Of a stretch of 64,000 bases of DNA, positions 12,291 to 26,023 are shown one piece after another. Numbering within the stretch: the first letter of the stretch is position 1; the number at the start of each line of letters is the position of its first letter. The notes beneath the pieces were generated by a model. That model had not been told where the DNA came from and did no database searches. It saw only the letters and a list, made by a program, of their open reading frames with translations. The translations under genes were made by a program, and so were the position numbers. This DNA comes from Camelus ferus (lineage: Eukaryota). Location: NCBI RefSeq assembly GCF_009834535.1, contig NC_045715.1, positions 26,722,001-26,786,000 on the forward strand, given 5' to 3'.

Positions 12291-13394
12291 CTCTCTCCCT
12301 CCCTTTCTCCCTCCCCACTCCACACTGCTTGCTTCCTCCATCTTATTTGACACTTGCAGTACCCAGCCCAACTCGTTGTATGATAGCTTAAATGAGACAA
12401 TGTTGGAGGAAGTTCCTGGAAAACTATACATGCTCTTCAGAGAATAATTGTTATCATCATGGGCTGCCTTACTCCATAGATATTTTGGTGCTCAGGACAG
12501 AAACATGAACAAAGACACAAAAGTCGTTAGAATACAGAGTGATGCTGGCTCTCAGAGCATGCTCTGGATGGGCAAAGCTTGTGGGAGCTCAGAGAAGGGA
12601 GCTTTCAGTTCTGCTTGTCACACGTAAGCCTCCATAGGTGTGGTGACATTGTCAAGGACTTTAGAGGAAGAAGCAAAGGGGATCCTAGAAAGAAGGTACC
12701 GGGGGAACAAATGGTCAGGGTGCCAGGGAGGCTTCCGGAAACCTCTGGAAGTCTGGCCTGGCTGCTGGGGGTGGGAGTCGGGTGGTGTACGAAGTGAGGG
12801 GAGGGGAAGCCGCAGAGGGGAGTGGTGCTCATGTTAGGAAGGTCTGGAATAACATAGGGGGAGGTTGGGTCTTAACAGCATTTTTTTTTTTAATTACCAG
12901 GTTTGAAAAACTTTTCATTTCAATTTGAGCTGAAAGAAAAAGCTATTGCTTTAAATTTTTTGGAAAACCTGACTATGGATTTATCAAGGGCAAAGCTTAA
13001 GTAGATTTAATCACAGTATTGCTCGGCTGTCCTGTTCATGTTGCTCCTCTCCTTCCTCTTAGGACTTGCATGTAGAAATCAGATATCTTCCTGCTCTATC
13101 TAGTCTTGGTCAGTTTGAAATATTGATGTAGGAGATAGGCAGAATCTGTATTTTTTTTCTCTTTATAAGAGGAATAAGAGGAAAGTGTGGAAAATAAAAC
13201 GATAAAGATAAAAAAAAATTCCACCTTCAGACAAGCTTAGTGTTACAATTTGGGTGACTCCTTCCAGTGAGCACTTGAGGGCAGACACCTTGCCTTGCAT
13301 GTTGCCTTTTTCACAGGCATCAACCTGACCCTGGTAGGGTCTTCATCTGCCTTGTTGATTGATGTAGTGGGGTCCCCCTAGACCCTTCAAAGAA

Positions 13395-13625
13395 AAGCTT
13401 AGTAGTTCAATAGAACCACTCATGTTCATATCCTAACATTGCCATTCATTACCTACAAGACCTTGGAAATGTCTTCTCTCTAGGCCTCAGTTTCCTCATA
13501 TGTAAAATGGCAACAACAAAAATAACAGTATCTCCACACTCAATTGCACACACCAAATAAGTTCTTTTGTGCAAAGCACTTAGGAAAGGGCCTTGCACCC
13601 AGTTAGGAATTCACATTTCTTAGTG
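13395..13625 (+). mobile_element. MIR SINE
   Basis: gaccttggaaat...ggcctcagtttcctcatatgtaaaatgg...aaagcacttagg. Confidence 0.8.
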
Positions 13626-15189
13626 GTTACTGTACTGCCCTCTGGGTGAGTCCAGCCCCAAGGGAGGAGCTGCAGGTGGAGAACCTTTCCTAGAACAGTC
13701 TTTCTGTCACACTGTCCTACACAGCAGGAGGAGAGTCAAGCTGGTTAAGTCCTCAGGATTAGACGTGTGAACAATTCAGGGGCCTGGTGCTTGTCCAGGC
13801 TTTTCCCTGTAGGCTCATCCCGGCCAGCTCCTTCCTGTGTAGTCTTTCCCCCTGGGCTCTCCAGGCAGGCTGTCCCTTTAAGAAAGGCAGCCACACACTA
13901 GTCCATCATGGCCCTGCCTCCCCTGCTCCCCTGCTTGTGCCTCCCTGGGCTGCAGCTGGGACCCTCCTGGGCTGGATTTGAGAGCTGGACCCTCCAGCGG
14001 AGGGAGGCTGCTTTGAACCCAGGGCCCATCCCCCAGGAATCCATGCCCGAGGAAGGACTCCCTGTTCACAGCCCCCCACTGCAGCCCTGGGCTCCCACCC
14101 CCCAGCCCTGGCTCTGGGACATACAAGGATCATTCTTAAGGGCTGAGCTCAGGATCCCTAAAAAGAGAGTTAGAAAATAGCTGGATAAACTTGGGAAATG
14201 GAAGAAACCCATGTCACATTCTCCTCCTTGGACTGTGGATTGCAGATTGGGGGGTTGAGTCTGGTGATTCTTGCTGGATGGAATCTGATGGGCAGATGTA
14301 GGAAGGAGCCGGAGGTGGGGCTGGGATTCCCAGTGGGTAGGGAACCCTGGACTTGCGGGTGACCCCCACCCCTCATCCCAGTGGTTGTCACCCTTGAGGC
14401 AGGGAGCTGAGGGTTGACATCTGGAAATTTCTGGAGCCTGGCCTAAGGCAGGAAGCTCAGGGAGGGGCCGATGTCAGATTTCTCTCACTTGAGGAAGACA
14501 AAATGTCAGTGAGGGCTATGTTGTGAAGATGCCCCCAAGGCCAGATGAAGTGAATGACGCTGTGATTCTGTCTCAGCAGGGACTTGGGTGAAGGGACAGA
14601 TCAGGCCCCGGGGCTTTTTCTGCAGGCCCCTTGGACTGGGGCAGCTGCCTGTGAGCAGAGCTGACAGGGCTGTAGCAGGAGGGGGCAGGTCCGCCAAGGG
14701 CAGGGAAGAATGGAGGGCCTGTTGTTCTGAAGCCTGGGAACGCTGCCCGGGGGGAGGCCCATGCTGCCCCAGCTCAGCATGAGAAGGCATGGGGAGAGAT
14801 CCGTGCAGTGGGCAGGATGGGGCTGAGCTGGCACCCCTACCCTCTGCAGACCAAGCCGTCCCCCAGCCCTGTTTCCTGTGGCATGGGCACAGGTGAGCTC
14901 CCTGGCCTTGAATGCCCAGGTGCAGTTTGGAGGGCTGGGGTCTGTGCCTGAGAGGTAGCCTCCCACAGAGGAGGCAGGATACAGTAGCAGCCTCAACCCC
15001 TGTGCTTACCTGAGCCCTGAGTTCCAGATCAGGAATGCCCTCTGCTAAATTCTGCCCCAAGAGCTCTTTCCTGCACTCCATCTTGTGCCAGACTCTGTCT
15101 GGGGATTTACTGACAGGGAAAAAAATGCTATGATGGAATTGGGATGGAATGAAGATCTGCAAAGATGTTTTAGATCTTTGAAAAGTAGC

Positions 15190-15480
15190 AATAATTACCA
15201 TTGATTCTGTACCTTGAATATACCAATCGCTGTGCCAAGGGCTTTATGGGTACCGTCTTATTGAATTCTTGCAGTAATTCTTTGAGTTGTGAATACTTTT
15301 GGAGATTTTACGGATGAAGATACTGAGCCTCAGAGAGGTGAAGGAACTTGCCTGAGGACACAGAGCTGGTAAATTATGAAAACAGGACTTGAACTTCATT
15401 AATTCAATCACTCATTCGTGGCCTACTTATGTGCCAGCCATTCTGGTGGGCACTGAGGACACGGTGGGGCATGAGACTGG
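15190..15480 (-). mobile_element. MIR followed by an L2 3' end
   Basis: tttacggatgaagatactgagcctcagagaggtgaaggaacttgcc; cattaattcaatcactcattc...tactta tgtgccag. Confidence 0.7.
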
Positions 15481-18400
15481 GGAAGGGCCGGCCAACTGAA
15501 CTCCACAGCCCAGGCCCTCAACCCCATTCAGAATCTTTCAGGTGAGCCCAGAGACCCTTGGGGAGAGTGTGTCGAGAACGCTGCTTGAAAATGTTCTTTT
15601 CCTTGAGAAATGTTTCATTTTGTTTTCATTTTAAAAATAATCTAAAAATCAAATGTATTCATTCTGAATCATCTGAATGGCCATCATGGAACCTACTGCT
15701 GGCCCGAGACTTTAGTCCCTGAGTCTATGTTTCTGTGCAAGTTGGCACCAAGCGGTTTCCTGAAATGATAGTGTTTAACTTTTAATGCTTTGTTTCTTAA
15801 ACCGGGTGCTGCGCTGTATGCTTGGAAGGCCCAAAGTACCAAAGATGCAGAAAGTGTACACTGATTCTACTGCAAGGAGGGAGAGCTGCACTAAGGGTGT
15901 CCCAGGGGAGAGGGGTCCATGTTCCCTCTCCTCAGGGCGGAGTAAACTGAAAAAAGTAGCATGGGATTCTGAACTTCCGGGGACCCAGACCAGAGACTCA
16001 AAGAGGAACATGCAAGTCAGCAAAGAGGGGAGTCCCCAAATAAGGAACGGGGGCCCCACTTCTGACACAGCATCTCTGTCCTCTAGCAGATAGATTTCCT
16101 CTCTAAGCCTTTCCAGATGGGGCAACTTGTGCTGAGGCTGGGAGGCGAAAGTAGGGGCCTCCCAGAAACACTGTGATTTCCTCTCAAAGAAGGGTGTTCT
16201 CTGGTCACCCCGGAACTTCAGACCTCTCCCAGGGTCCAGCTGCTGGGTGAGAAGGCCGTAGCAGGACCCCTGCTACAGGGAACTGTGCGTGTGACTCAGG
16301 CCTGGCCACCCCGAGGGCGTGCAGGCACATCATGCAGGCCCTTGGATGGGGCTGGGCAGCCAGCACCCTGTGCGGGTCAGATAACCCACCTGTGTGGGCA
16401 GCTGGCGACAACAGACCCAGACCTCCTCCTCTTCCTCGTGCATCTCCTTGTCCATCTCCTCTTCCTCCTCCTCCTGCGGAGGTTTTGGGTCTTCCCAGGA
16501 GGTCACTTGTGGCCATACCTCCTTTTGAGTAATGCCCCCATGTATCTTTATTCTCTGATTCCTGTCCCTCCCCTGGATCCTGGGCGGTCACCCTGGGCTT
16601 CCTCTCTCCAGACCTCTCTCTGGCCCTGTCCATCTTCTGCATTAGGAGTCACCAAGCTGTGAAGCCCTGAGGGTACAGAGTTTGGCCTTGGGGGTCACAG
16701 GGTCTCTGTCGCACTCACTTGACTCGAGTACCAAAGCGGGCCTAGACGTACGTAAATGAGTGGGCATGGCTCTTTTCCAGTGAAACTGTATTTACAGAAA
16801 CTGGCAGGCAGAGGGCCAGCTCTGGCAACCCTTGCCCCAGATGGAGTTAGCCTATACAGAAAAACATTTGCTAGTTCCCCGTGGCCTGCTTGACTCATTA
16901 ACATGCTGGGCCCACCCCCTTGTGCATCTCCGGCTGCCTCTTCTGCACGGAGTCCTTGTGTGCCCCATTGTCCAGCCAGCGGCCCTGCCTCCCCTCCCTT
17001 CAACTTTCTCTTCTCTTTCCTGCCTCCTAGGCTTTGCCTGAGAGGTCCTCTCCACTTGGAGTGCCTTCCTTCTCCCCAACATGCATCCTATCTGCTCAAA
17101 AGATTTTGACTCTTTTTTCAGGTCAGATGTTCCCTCTTATTGTCCTGCCATGACCCTGCATCCCTGAACCCTGTGCAACACAGTGGGTTCTTCCTCTCCT
17201 GTGACTCTGTCACTTTGTTCTTGCCTTGGGAGTGACCCTTTACACACTACGCCTGAGTAATTTGTTCCTAACTTTATCTCCTCAAGGGCAGGTGTCAATA
17301 GGACTTGCCTGTCTCCGCCGCCTCCCCCATCCCTGGCTCCATGCCTGCCAGGCAATAGGAGTACAGGAAATACTGTTGGCATACAGGCTCATGACCTCCC
17401 CCTTTCCTCCATAGAGCCCCTGACGCAGCTGGTGGCTTTGGGGGGTCTGGCCGAGCCATTTTGGGAAACTAAGATCTCATCACGTGTCAGGCACTGAAGC
17501 ATCCTGGAGCTAAATCCATCTCTCTGGTCCTGTAACCTGAGCCTGCCTAGTCCCTGCTCCCCATGATCGGGTGTCCCTGTTTGTTTTGACATCCCATGAG
17601 GGGCTCGAGTTGGGACAAGAGAGCCAGATTTCAAAGCAAGAATTTTCTCCTGTAGCTGCAGAAGGCCAGGGCCCTGCCGGCTCCTGGGCTCCTGTGTTAG
17701 CATTGTCAGTTAATTAAGGAAACAAGCCCCAAATCCCTGACAGAGATGGTTCTGCAGATTCAGGGCAGAAGATTCCCGTCAGCATGCAGGAGAGGCCTCC
17801 CAGGTCCTGAGGCAGGATGAGCCGGAGAGGTACCACTGGCACCTTCTCAGTAAGAGAAGATGCCGCAGAAATCGGGTCGTGGGGAGCCAGCTCCAGGTAG
17901 GGCCCAGAGTGTGAATATCGGCTCCCCCCTCCCTCCCAGGGTGCGTTCTGAATGGACAGAGTATGGAGCCGGGCCCACTGGGGGAAAATAGCAGAGGCAG
18001 CTACAGGAGCCTGGAATTTTCCAGTCTTCTCCTTCAGAACCAGGTTATTCTGACTGCCTGGCTAGTGGAGGACAGTGGTGAGAAGTGACCTGGGGATGGC
18101 TTCAACTGGACCCAGGGGGCTCACCTGTCACAGGGGAGCCCTGGCCAGGGATGCTGCTCCCCCGATGCAGAGTCCTGGTGCGCATTTTTAAAGGATGTCC
18201 TTCCTTGAGGGCAGTGTAGTTAAACGTATTGGGGTAGAAGCAGCCTAGTCCACCCCTCCCTTGCCCACACTCTTCTCTGTGGTACCCAGGAGAAGATGCT
18301 GGGCCCCCACCAGCACCACTCCCTGACATGGTGTCGCTCGGCAGGTGGGAATTGGAACTGGGCCTCTGGGAGGTGCAGGAGCACAGGTGCAGCAGGTGCC

Positions 18401-20689
18401 GGCCCGCACCTCCTCTCCCAGGTGTGCGTGCCCTGTGGCCATGGCGGATTCACACGTCCCCTTGGAAGTGGGCTTCTCTTGCAGCTCACGGCCTGGGCAC
18501 TGCACTCTGTGGTCCTGGCGCCTCTTGGGCCGAGTGCAGTAGGAGAGAGACCCAGTCCTGCTCTACCACTGCTAAATGGTCCAGGGCAAATTATTTAGCT
18601 TTTGTACATCTTGTTTCTAATAGGAAATGGGGATGAGACTCACATATAATGTGTGTCTGGAAGGGATATGTGTGTTGGTAAATATTGGATAAGGCATGCC
18701 TGGCTCAGTGAACCTGGCTTCCTTCCCCACGGACATCCATCTTGGTCCATTCTGCCTGCTGGCTAGGTATCTGGCTCCCTGAAAAGATACTGGGGAGAAA
18801 TAACAAAGACATGATGAGTGTTTGCTTGGCCAGGCGAGGGAGGAGATCCCTGGGGAGGAGGTGGTTGTAGCAGCTCTCCAAATCTGGCGTCACTGCCCAA
18901 ATAACCGACAGTTGGTGGCAGATATTTTTTGACTTTTGAGATGGGCCTGCGGGGAGCCCAGGACTGGGTGTGGGTGACAGTACTGTGATGTTCTTCTGTA
19001 GAGGCCAAGGTGAAGACGCTGGTGCCAAACCATCTGCTCCTTTTGGCCTCAGTCCACAGTGGTACATGGCGCTCACAGCCATGCCCCGGGGCTTATGGAA
19101 GGAGTGTGACTGTGGGGGAAGTTGGGGCACTTTGGGAGATGAAATAACCCCCCCCCCTTGTTTGTGCCTGTGAAGGACGCTCATGCTGGAGGCTAAGGAG
19201 ATGCCTGTTGGGCACCAGTTAGAGGGTTATAGTACATGATGCTTTTTATGCTTATCGAGAGGAAATTGGGCAGTGTCACCTTTCACGAATGCCAAGGGCT
19301 CCTGGGGGTCAGTCATGAGCTCACCCTCAGGGGGTTTATTTATGCACCAGAGGCTGAGTGCCTCCCATGCATTTGTCACTCTTCTAAGCTTTGAGGGTGC
19401 AGCCTGACCATGTCCTTGCCCTCAGGGGGCTTACTTTCTGGTGAAAGGTTCTGACGACTGGGAGGATGGGAGCTGAGGCCAGGGTCCCCCCAAGTGGTTC
19501 TGAGCTGGCCCCTTGATGGGGGCTGCTGTTTCTCCATTCATTAGCTTCTGTGTTCTCCCCCAAGACGGTGCCTGCCAGAAGCACGTGGGTATTTCCCTTC
19601 CAGATTCCTGGCTTTCCCTCCTTCCCCGGGCCATGCTAGAGACCCTCCCCCTCTACTCACACAGTGCCCTGTGCAGCTCTGCCCCCTCCCCAAATTGCCT
19701 TCCCGTGGCTCCCCCTTCCCCGATCGACTGTTTTTAATGACCAGATCTGTGTTAGATTCATGGCCACATCCGTGCGGCATTCAGTGCCTGGCCCAGAGTG
19801 GGACTTCCATCCGTGACTGTGGAATGAATGAACCCATGGGATAAATGCCCAGTTTTGTTTATTCGTCTTCACCAACCATGCTCAGTGTATTCATTTGTTT
19901 CCTTCTCTTTCTGGATCAGTCTTGGCAAGGGATGGGCTCTTGAGGGAGTTTCTGGAAAGCTGGAGAATTAGGAGAAATAGGAGAAGACTCTGTTTGGAGT
20001 CAGCTCTTCTGCGTGTCCTCTCTGTGACATGACTGCACGAGGCTTCTCTGCCTTTGAACACCCTCCCTCCCTCGGGCTGGGAAGGCAGGTAGGGTTCAGA
20101 GCTGACAGAGCTGGGCTCTGAATGCAGACCCTCCTTGTGCTGAGGGCTGTGTCTTCCTCCTCGTGATTACGGGACAAGGCAATGCTGAGGGACAGACCTG
20201 CCCCCATGGCCCTCTGGTTCAGTCAGCCCAGCTGGGCCTGCAGGAGAGCAGGCCGCCTGGGAATGGCTGGGAAGCAGGGCCTTGGCCCACCTCCCCCAAG
20301 GCCAGGATGTGGCGTGGGACCCAGGCAGGCGGAGGTTCCCACCGTTCAGCTCCTGCGCCCGAAAAGCTCCAGGCCCAGGCAGTGTCTCCTAGCAGGAGGG
20401 GGCAGGGGGAGACTCCAGCTGCCCAGGTCAAGACCCCACATCAGGACCAGGGCAGCTCCACAGGCACCCACCTCTGACATTTATCCTCCACCTGGACAGT
20501 TGCCAGTGGCCCTGCGGTCCAGACTTGATGAGAGAAGAGATTCGGGGATTAACTGTTGCAGGCCCTGCCCGAGTCAGGCTGAGACTGGTCCTCCCAGATT
20601 GGCCGGAATTCTTCCACTGTGTACCGAGGGCTGGAGTGGGCATCTTCACAAATGTTATTTCATTTAATCCTCACATCAATTCCATTTTC

Positions 20690-21245
20690 TTAATGAATAA
20701 ATTGAGGCATGTGGAGGTACATAACCTGCCTAAAGTTAAACAGTTAGTAAGAAAAGTTGCCCGTATTCATTCTTTATTACGAGGGTCCACTATGTGTTGG
20801 GCAGTCATTCTAGTCACTGTGGATACACAATGAATGATGGATGGAAATGTCTCAGGGAGAGAGAGATAATAAATAAGAAAAGTATATAGCATCTTGCATG
20901 GTGATAAGTCTATGTGGAAAATGAGGAGGCAGGAGGGAGTAGACGGTGTTGAAAGAGGGGTTATTTTAAATAATCATGGAAAACCTCATTGAGAAGGTGT
21001 GCAATTATTGCTACTCACACAGCACTTGCTAGGGGCCAGGCAGGACCCTAATCACTGTTTTCGTGGCCACTAACTGAATCCCCACAGTCACTTTATGACA
21101 CAAATTACCATTATTCACATGTTCAGATGGGGAAGCAGAGACACAGGGAGGTAAAGTAACTTGCCAGAGATAACACAGCCCATGAGCAGTGGTGCTAGGA
21201 TCTGCAGTCAGGCAGCCTGCCTCCTGAGTTCTGGCTGTAACCACT
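20690..21245 (-). mobile_element. Cluster of MIR and L2 fragments
   Basis: taaattgaggcatgtggaggtacataacctgcc; ttcattctttatt..tatgtgttgggcag; cagatggggaagcagagacacagggaggtaaagtaacttgcc. Confidence 0.65.
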
Positions 21246-21789
21246 GTGCTGAACGCCAAGGCCACGCGGACAGGAAGTGGGCAGGCAGCTGAGCGGCCCT
21301 TCACGACCTATCTGGACAGGCAAGGCAGGTGCTAAGGGGGCAAGTACCCTGGTGCCCCTTCCTCTGCTGTCCCCTTGGTGAGGAAAGGGCTGAACAAACT
21401 CCTCAGAATTAAACCTGAGTGAGGAGGGAGGGCTTGATGACACTTGCACAGGATAATAGGAGAGGGTTAAAAACTCCAGGTGACGCCTGAGTCCCAGAGG
21501 CTGCGACTCTCCCCTCCCCTCTGTTTCTTCCTCTCCTCTCCGCACCAGGCTCCCTCAGCTCTCCTAGGACTGTTTTTCGCTCTTGTCCTCAACTTCCTTC
21601 CCTCTGTGTCAATCTGAGAATAACCTATTTAGCTATGATGATGGTGATGATAGCAGCTAATATTTACTGAAGACTTGAAAATGGCTGAAATGGCTGGTGA
21701 ATACATATACAAGTCAACATGTGCTGGAGAAAAAATATTTGTAGAATAAATAAATGATGAATGGGTGAATGGACGGATGAATGAATGAA

Positions 21790-21945
21790 TGAAAATATTC
21801 TAATCCTGGCAACCACTCTGTAAAGTAAAATTGTAATCCTCTGTAAGGAGAAAAATGAAGTTCCGAGAAGGTGCATTCCTGTTCAAGGTCACACAGTGAA
21901 TGAGTTACAGCTGGGGCTCAAACCCAGCCTCTCTAGCTCCCAAAT
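21790..21945 (-). mobile_element. MIR SINE
   Basis: ttcaaggtcacacagtgaatgagttacagctggggctcaaacccag. Confidence 0.75.
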
Positions 21946-23311
21946 CAGTCTTTCCTCTGTATTTCTTTTCCCAAAAGGAGACAGTGCCACTCTCCTACCT
22001 CACAGGGCTATTGTGAAAACCAAGTGGATAAAGTATATGAATGTGTTATGTAATCTCTGCACTTGAAAAGGCTGATAACGGATTTTAACATAGAATCAAA
22101 GTCTAAAGCCAAAACAGCACAACTTAAGTGGAATTTCAAGCAGTGAGGAAAAAGGTGGGTGTATTTGAGGGACAAGAGAGTTGTCGCTAGCTTTGAAATC
22201 AAATCATACTGCGTGCACATCACCACCTTCTCAGGAGGTGGGTGGTGAACAGGATTCCCAGGTTTGGAATTGCAGATTTTCAAAATTATGCAAAGGTCAC
22301 CAAAACAACCTTCTACCTAATGCAGGACAATTGAGATTGTCACCTCAATGCTGATGGAACAAAAAGTGACAGCTTCACACCAGGAAGAGGTATACTAGGA
22401 GTGGGGCTCAGAACCCACTGCATAAATACAGCCTGCTGCTTACATCCCTGCCCGGAAGATCCGGAGAAAGTAATTACTTGCTGTAATTGATAACTTGCAA
22501 TAAAAATCTTAGCTTGGTAAATAAAGGTCCTTTAGTCTCTTCTGATGTGAGACAGTGGCTCACGGTCCAGTGAAGTCAGGATTCAGACTCCCTGTGAAGC
22601 ATCTCCCTGGGACCACCCTCCCCTCCCCTTGAGGTCTGCTTGCTGGGAAACTCCAGCTTTCTTCAGGCTGTCAGGGAGGGCCTGGGGGGCCACAGGGCCC
22701 CTGCTGATGTCCCCTGACATGTCCTGTGTTCCCTCTGCCTCCCTGTCCCCTGTGCTGAAATCTACTGAAGGGGCCAGGTCTGGTCTTGTGCCCGGGGCTT
22801 TTGACGTGGGACCTGGCACCCTCTGCTGAAGCCTGGTCTTCCTCAGGCCCCCTGGCTCTCCTAGAACACCTGCTGCCCCTGGAGGGCCTGAGTGTCTGGC
22901 TGTTGCCTGGATGTAAGGCTTTGGATGGGTGGGCCTGAGGACAGGCCCCAGTCCTTGCTAACCTGCCCCTGGCAGGGCTGTGTTGCTCTGAGCCCAGCTG
23001 AAGGCAGGGCTTCTCCAAGGGGCGTGGCATTTCCCCAGGTGTGATTCCCTGTTCTGGGATTCTCCAAGTCATCGGGTCCTTTCTAATGATGTCCCTCCCC
23101 TAGGTGTGGAAGAGAGTGGAATCCTGGCCCCCTTTGCTTCCTAGTCCTGGAAAGGTTTTCTGTTTCCTCGTCTGTCCAGAGAAAACAACATTGCCTCTTA
23201 GCGACCGTTCCCTGCTCTACTGACCTTTTTGTTTTGAGGTGGTCTTCTTTGACCAGAGAAAATAAGGCTGTGGCTTAGCACTGATGTTAGAAGGGTACAG
23301 GAGAAAGGGAA

Positions 23312-23339
23312 AAACAAACAAACAAACAAACAAACAAAA
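23312..23339. repeat. (AAAC)n tetranucleotide repeat
   Basis: Direct reading. Confidence 0.9.
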
Positions 23340-24350
23340 ACCCCCAAAAACCTGGATTTCCCAGAGGCAAAGTGTATTGGGAAATATTTTAATATTTTCC
23401 TTGTAAAATACTGTGTATCAGACACGCGGTATTATTCCTGAGTTGCCAGTTACTCCTTGTGCCTACCTGATGGGGGTGTCAGTCATATTCTCTCTTGACA
23501 GATGAAGACGGTGAGGCTTAAGGAAGTTAATTTCCCCAAGGTCTTAGAGGTCCTTAGTGGCAGCTTTAACGTCTTCACAGCGTTCCTCTTTCTGTGCTCA
23601 TTCAGTCTGGACAGGAACGATGATCCTCACTACCTGTGGGGATGACTGCATGACGAGAAGGGGTGTGACAGCCGCCTCCCCGCTAGGCTTCCCTCGTTAA
23701 AGAGGCCTTTGACTTGCAGCTGTAGCTGCTTTGTGCAGAGCCTGGTACAGCCCTGACTCAGCGCTCAAGTCAGCTGCAGCCCTGCCCTTTTCTATCTGCC
23801 AGGAGCTGTTTTCCAGCTCTGAAGGATCGTGGTGCAACATTTGAAAATTCAGCCCTGGCCTTCAGTTGCACAGGAGTTGAAAGGCCAAGGCGGGTATCTG
23901 GGCACCACTTAAAAATAGCCAGCGGAAATAACCTTTTGCTTTATATATTTAGCTCTTCTTACATAATCAGTTATTGGTGTTATCATGTTAACTTTAAGTA
24001 AAAGGAGGGGGAAGAAAATCCACCCACAGTCATACCACATGCACATGGATTCATTTTCCCAAAATCCCCATTGCCTGGGGCATCCTGAGAAGGAAGAGAA
24101 GGGAGCACAGTCATGAGACATGATTAAGAGAAACTGAAATGGCAGGAGCCAAGCCACTGCATAGGCACAATTTCATATTTACTGCTTCTCTTCACTGCCT
24201 CCTCCAGGAAGCCTCCCCTGGTGTCCTCCTGGTCAACAACCAGGCTGTATCAGATGCCCCTCTCCACTCACATCGCAGTGCCTTACCTGTGTGCCTCCCA
24301 TATTATACTATGACTATCTGATTATGTGCCTGGCTCTCCCACTAGACTGT

Positions 24351-24991
24351 TGTTACCAAACCAAACTTGGGTCTGCTTGCCCGCTTGTGGTAAAGCCAAT
24401 CTCCTGACACCAGGTTGTGGTGAAGGAAAGTGCAGGATTTATTGCAGGGCACCAAGCAAGGAGTCCAGGGAAACTAGTGCTTAAAAGGCCTAAATTCCTC
24501 AGAGGCTTTCAAGAGAAGGTGTTTAAAGATAGGGTGAGGGAGAAGGGGAGAAGGGTTGTGGGGTGCGTGATCAGCTAGCAGATTCTTCTGATTGGCTGGT
24601 GGTGAGATCGGGGGGAGTCAACATCATCAACCTTCTGGTTCCAAAGAGTCTGGGGTCTCCATGCTTGTGGGCAGCATGCAGTTAAGTTCTTCCACCTGGT
24701 GGGGGTTTCAGTCTCTGCAAACCAGCTCAAAGGACATGGCTCAGAATATTACCTAGAGCCCTTGAGAAGGAACTAAACTTCCTTGACTTTGATGGCTAAA
24801 CTATTACTTTTTGTCTTGCTTGACTGTTTTCCTTTCTTTCCGTATTTTCTCACTTCTCTGACTCAGTGTACTCTCTGGAACTCAGGGAAGCCTAGGAGAC
24901 AAAGTTTTCTACAGACAAATGGCAGGTGGAGGACGTGAAGGGGGACATAACAGGGTCCTGGGAAGGCCCCATAGGGTCCCACTCAGTTACA
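24351..24991 (-). mobile_element. ERV1-type solo LTR (641 bp) inserted into an L2 3' end
   Basis: TGTTA...TTACA termini; 4-bp TSD CTGT/TTGT (1 mismatch); minus-strand AATAAA at 24439-24444 and CCAAT at 24591-24595. The flanks join into the L2 tail ctcccactagactgt...tcttattcacctc...gtgcctgg. Confidence 0.85.
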
Positions 24992-25501
24992 TTGTCATCT
25001 CTAGGTGTTCAGAAAGATCTTATTCACCTCTTATCTCCTGTGCCTGGTACATCCAAGCAGGTCAACCAGTGTTGCTTGAGATAGTCCTTAAGATACCAGA
25101 TAGAAGGGCTGAGTCAGTTACTGAAGATGACATGTGCTGAGTCTCAAGTCTATAGGAAAGCAACATGGAACCATGGAGTGTGTTATCTGTGTCTGATACA
25201 GGTGTGTTTTTTTTTGTTTTTTTTTTGTGGTGTGGTTTGTGTGTGCAAGACAAAGAGGGCAAAGATTTGGTGCATCTCATCAGAGGCTGGGAGGTCTCTT
25301 CTCATGTTTGGAAGGAAAAAAAAAGGACTGAAGAGCATGAGCATGAACTTGAAGAACATGCCAGGGGACCTTGTTCTCTCCTTACGACTGACTGTAGGAG
25401 CTCCAACTCTAGTGCTCTCTTCTGCAGGCTGCAGGAGGGCAGGCACTGTGTCTTTTTTGTATCAGAATCCCTACTGCCTGGCACAGTGCCTAGTCACAGA
25501 C

Positions 25502-26023
25502 TGTTACAGACTGAGTCCTAGCTTGGACTGCTTGCGGCAGGACAAGTCAATAAGTTGAGAGATGAGGTTTTGGGGCAACGACTAGCAACTTAATTCAGAA
25601 AGCCAGCAGACCGAGATGATGACAGACCAGCACCCTAAAGAACCATGTACCCAAGTTAGAATTCAGGCTTCTTTCATACTAAAAGGGGAGGGAGTATGGC
25701 TGGTTGTTGCAAACTTCTTGGTGCAGAAATCCTTTTTTCTTTTAACTGTCCCTGTAGATCTGGTCACAGTGTTCCTATAAACCTCCAATAAGACAATTGT
25801 TATTTTCTGTTCTGCAACTTATTATCTCTATGTGAATGGAAAAGTGTTATACTTTTAAAGGTCAGAGCCTTGAGAATGGGCTATCCTGGGTATTTCAGAA
25901 TCTAGGTAACATTCTTTGACAAAAGTGCAGAGCCAACATGACTCAGCACAGGCAACAGAGCCTGAGGGTTAGAGCTAAAGGAATAGATCCAATCTGGAGT
26001 CACGTTTGTTCTTCTCTGTTACA
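25502..26023 (-). mobile_element. Second, different ERV1-type solo LTR (522 bp) inserted into another L2 3' end
   Basis: TGTTACA...TGTTACA ends; TSD AGAC/AGAG (1 mismatch). The minus strand begins with a MER41-like gactcca..ttg motif. The flanks join into the L2 tail cctggcacagtgcctagtcacag|..atgctcagtgaacatgtatggaatgaatg. Confidence 0.82.
25938..25948 (+). promoter_or_regulatory. Candidate NRF2/BACH/NF-E2 antioxidant response element within an LTR
   Basis: ATGACTCAGCA matches RTGACTCAGCA exactly. Confidence 0.4.

Noticed and set aside
14506-15201. 231-aa minus-strand ORF, plus similar long ORFs at 29610-30143, 30362-31060, 36905-37567 and 59745-60461
   Set aside because: No homology I recognise. 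Several overlap L2/MIR/MER5 repeats, N gaps or the antisense of DAAM2 exons. Chance ORFs are expected at this GC content.
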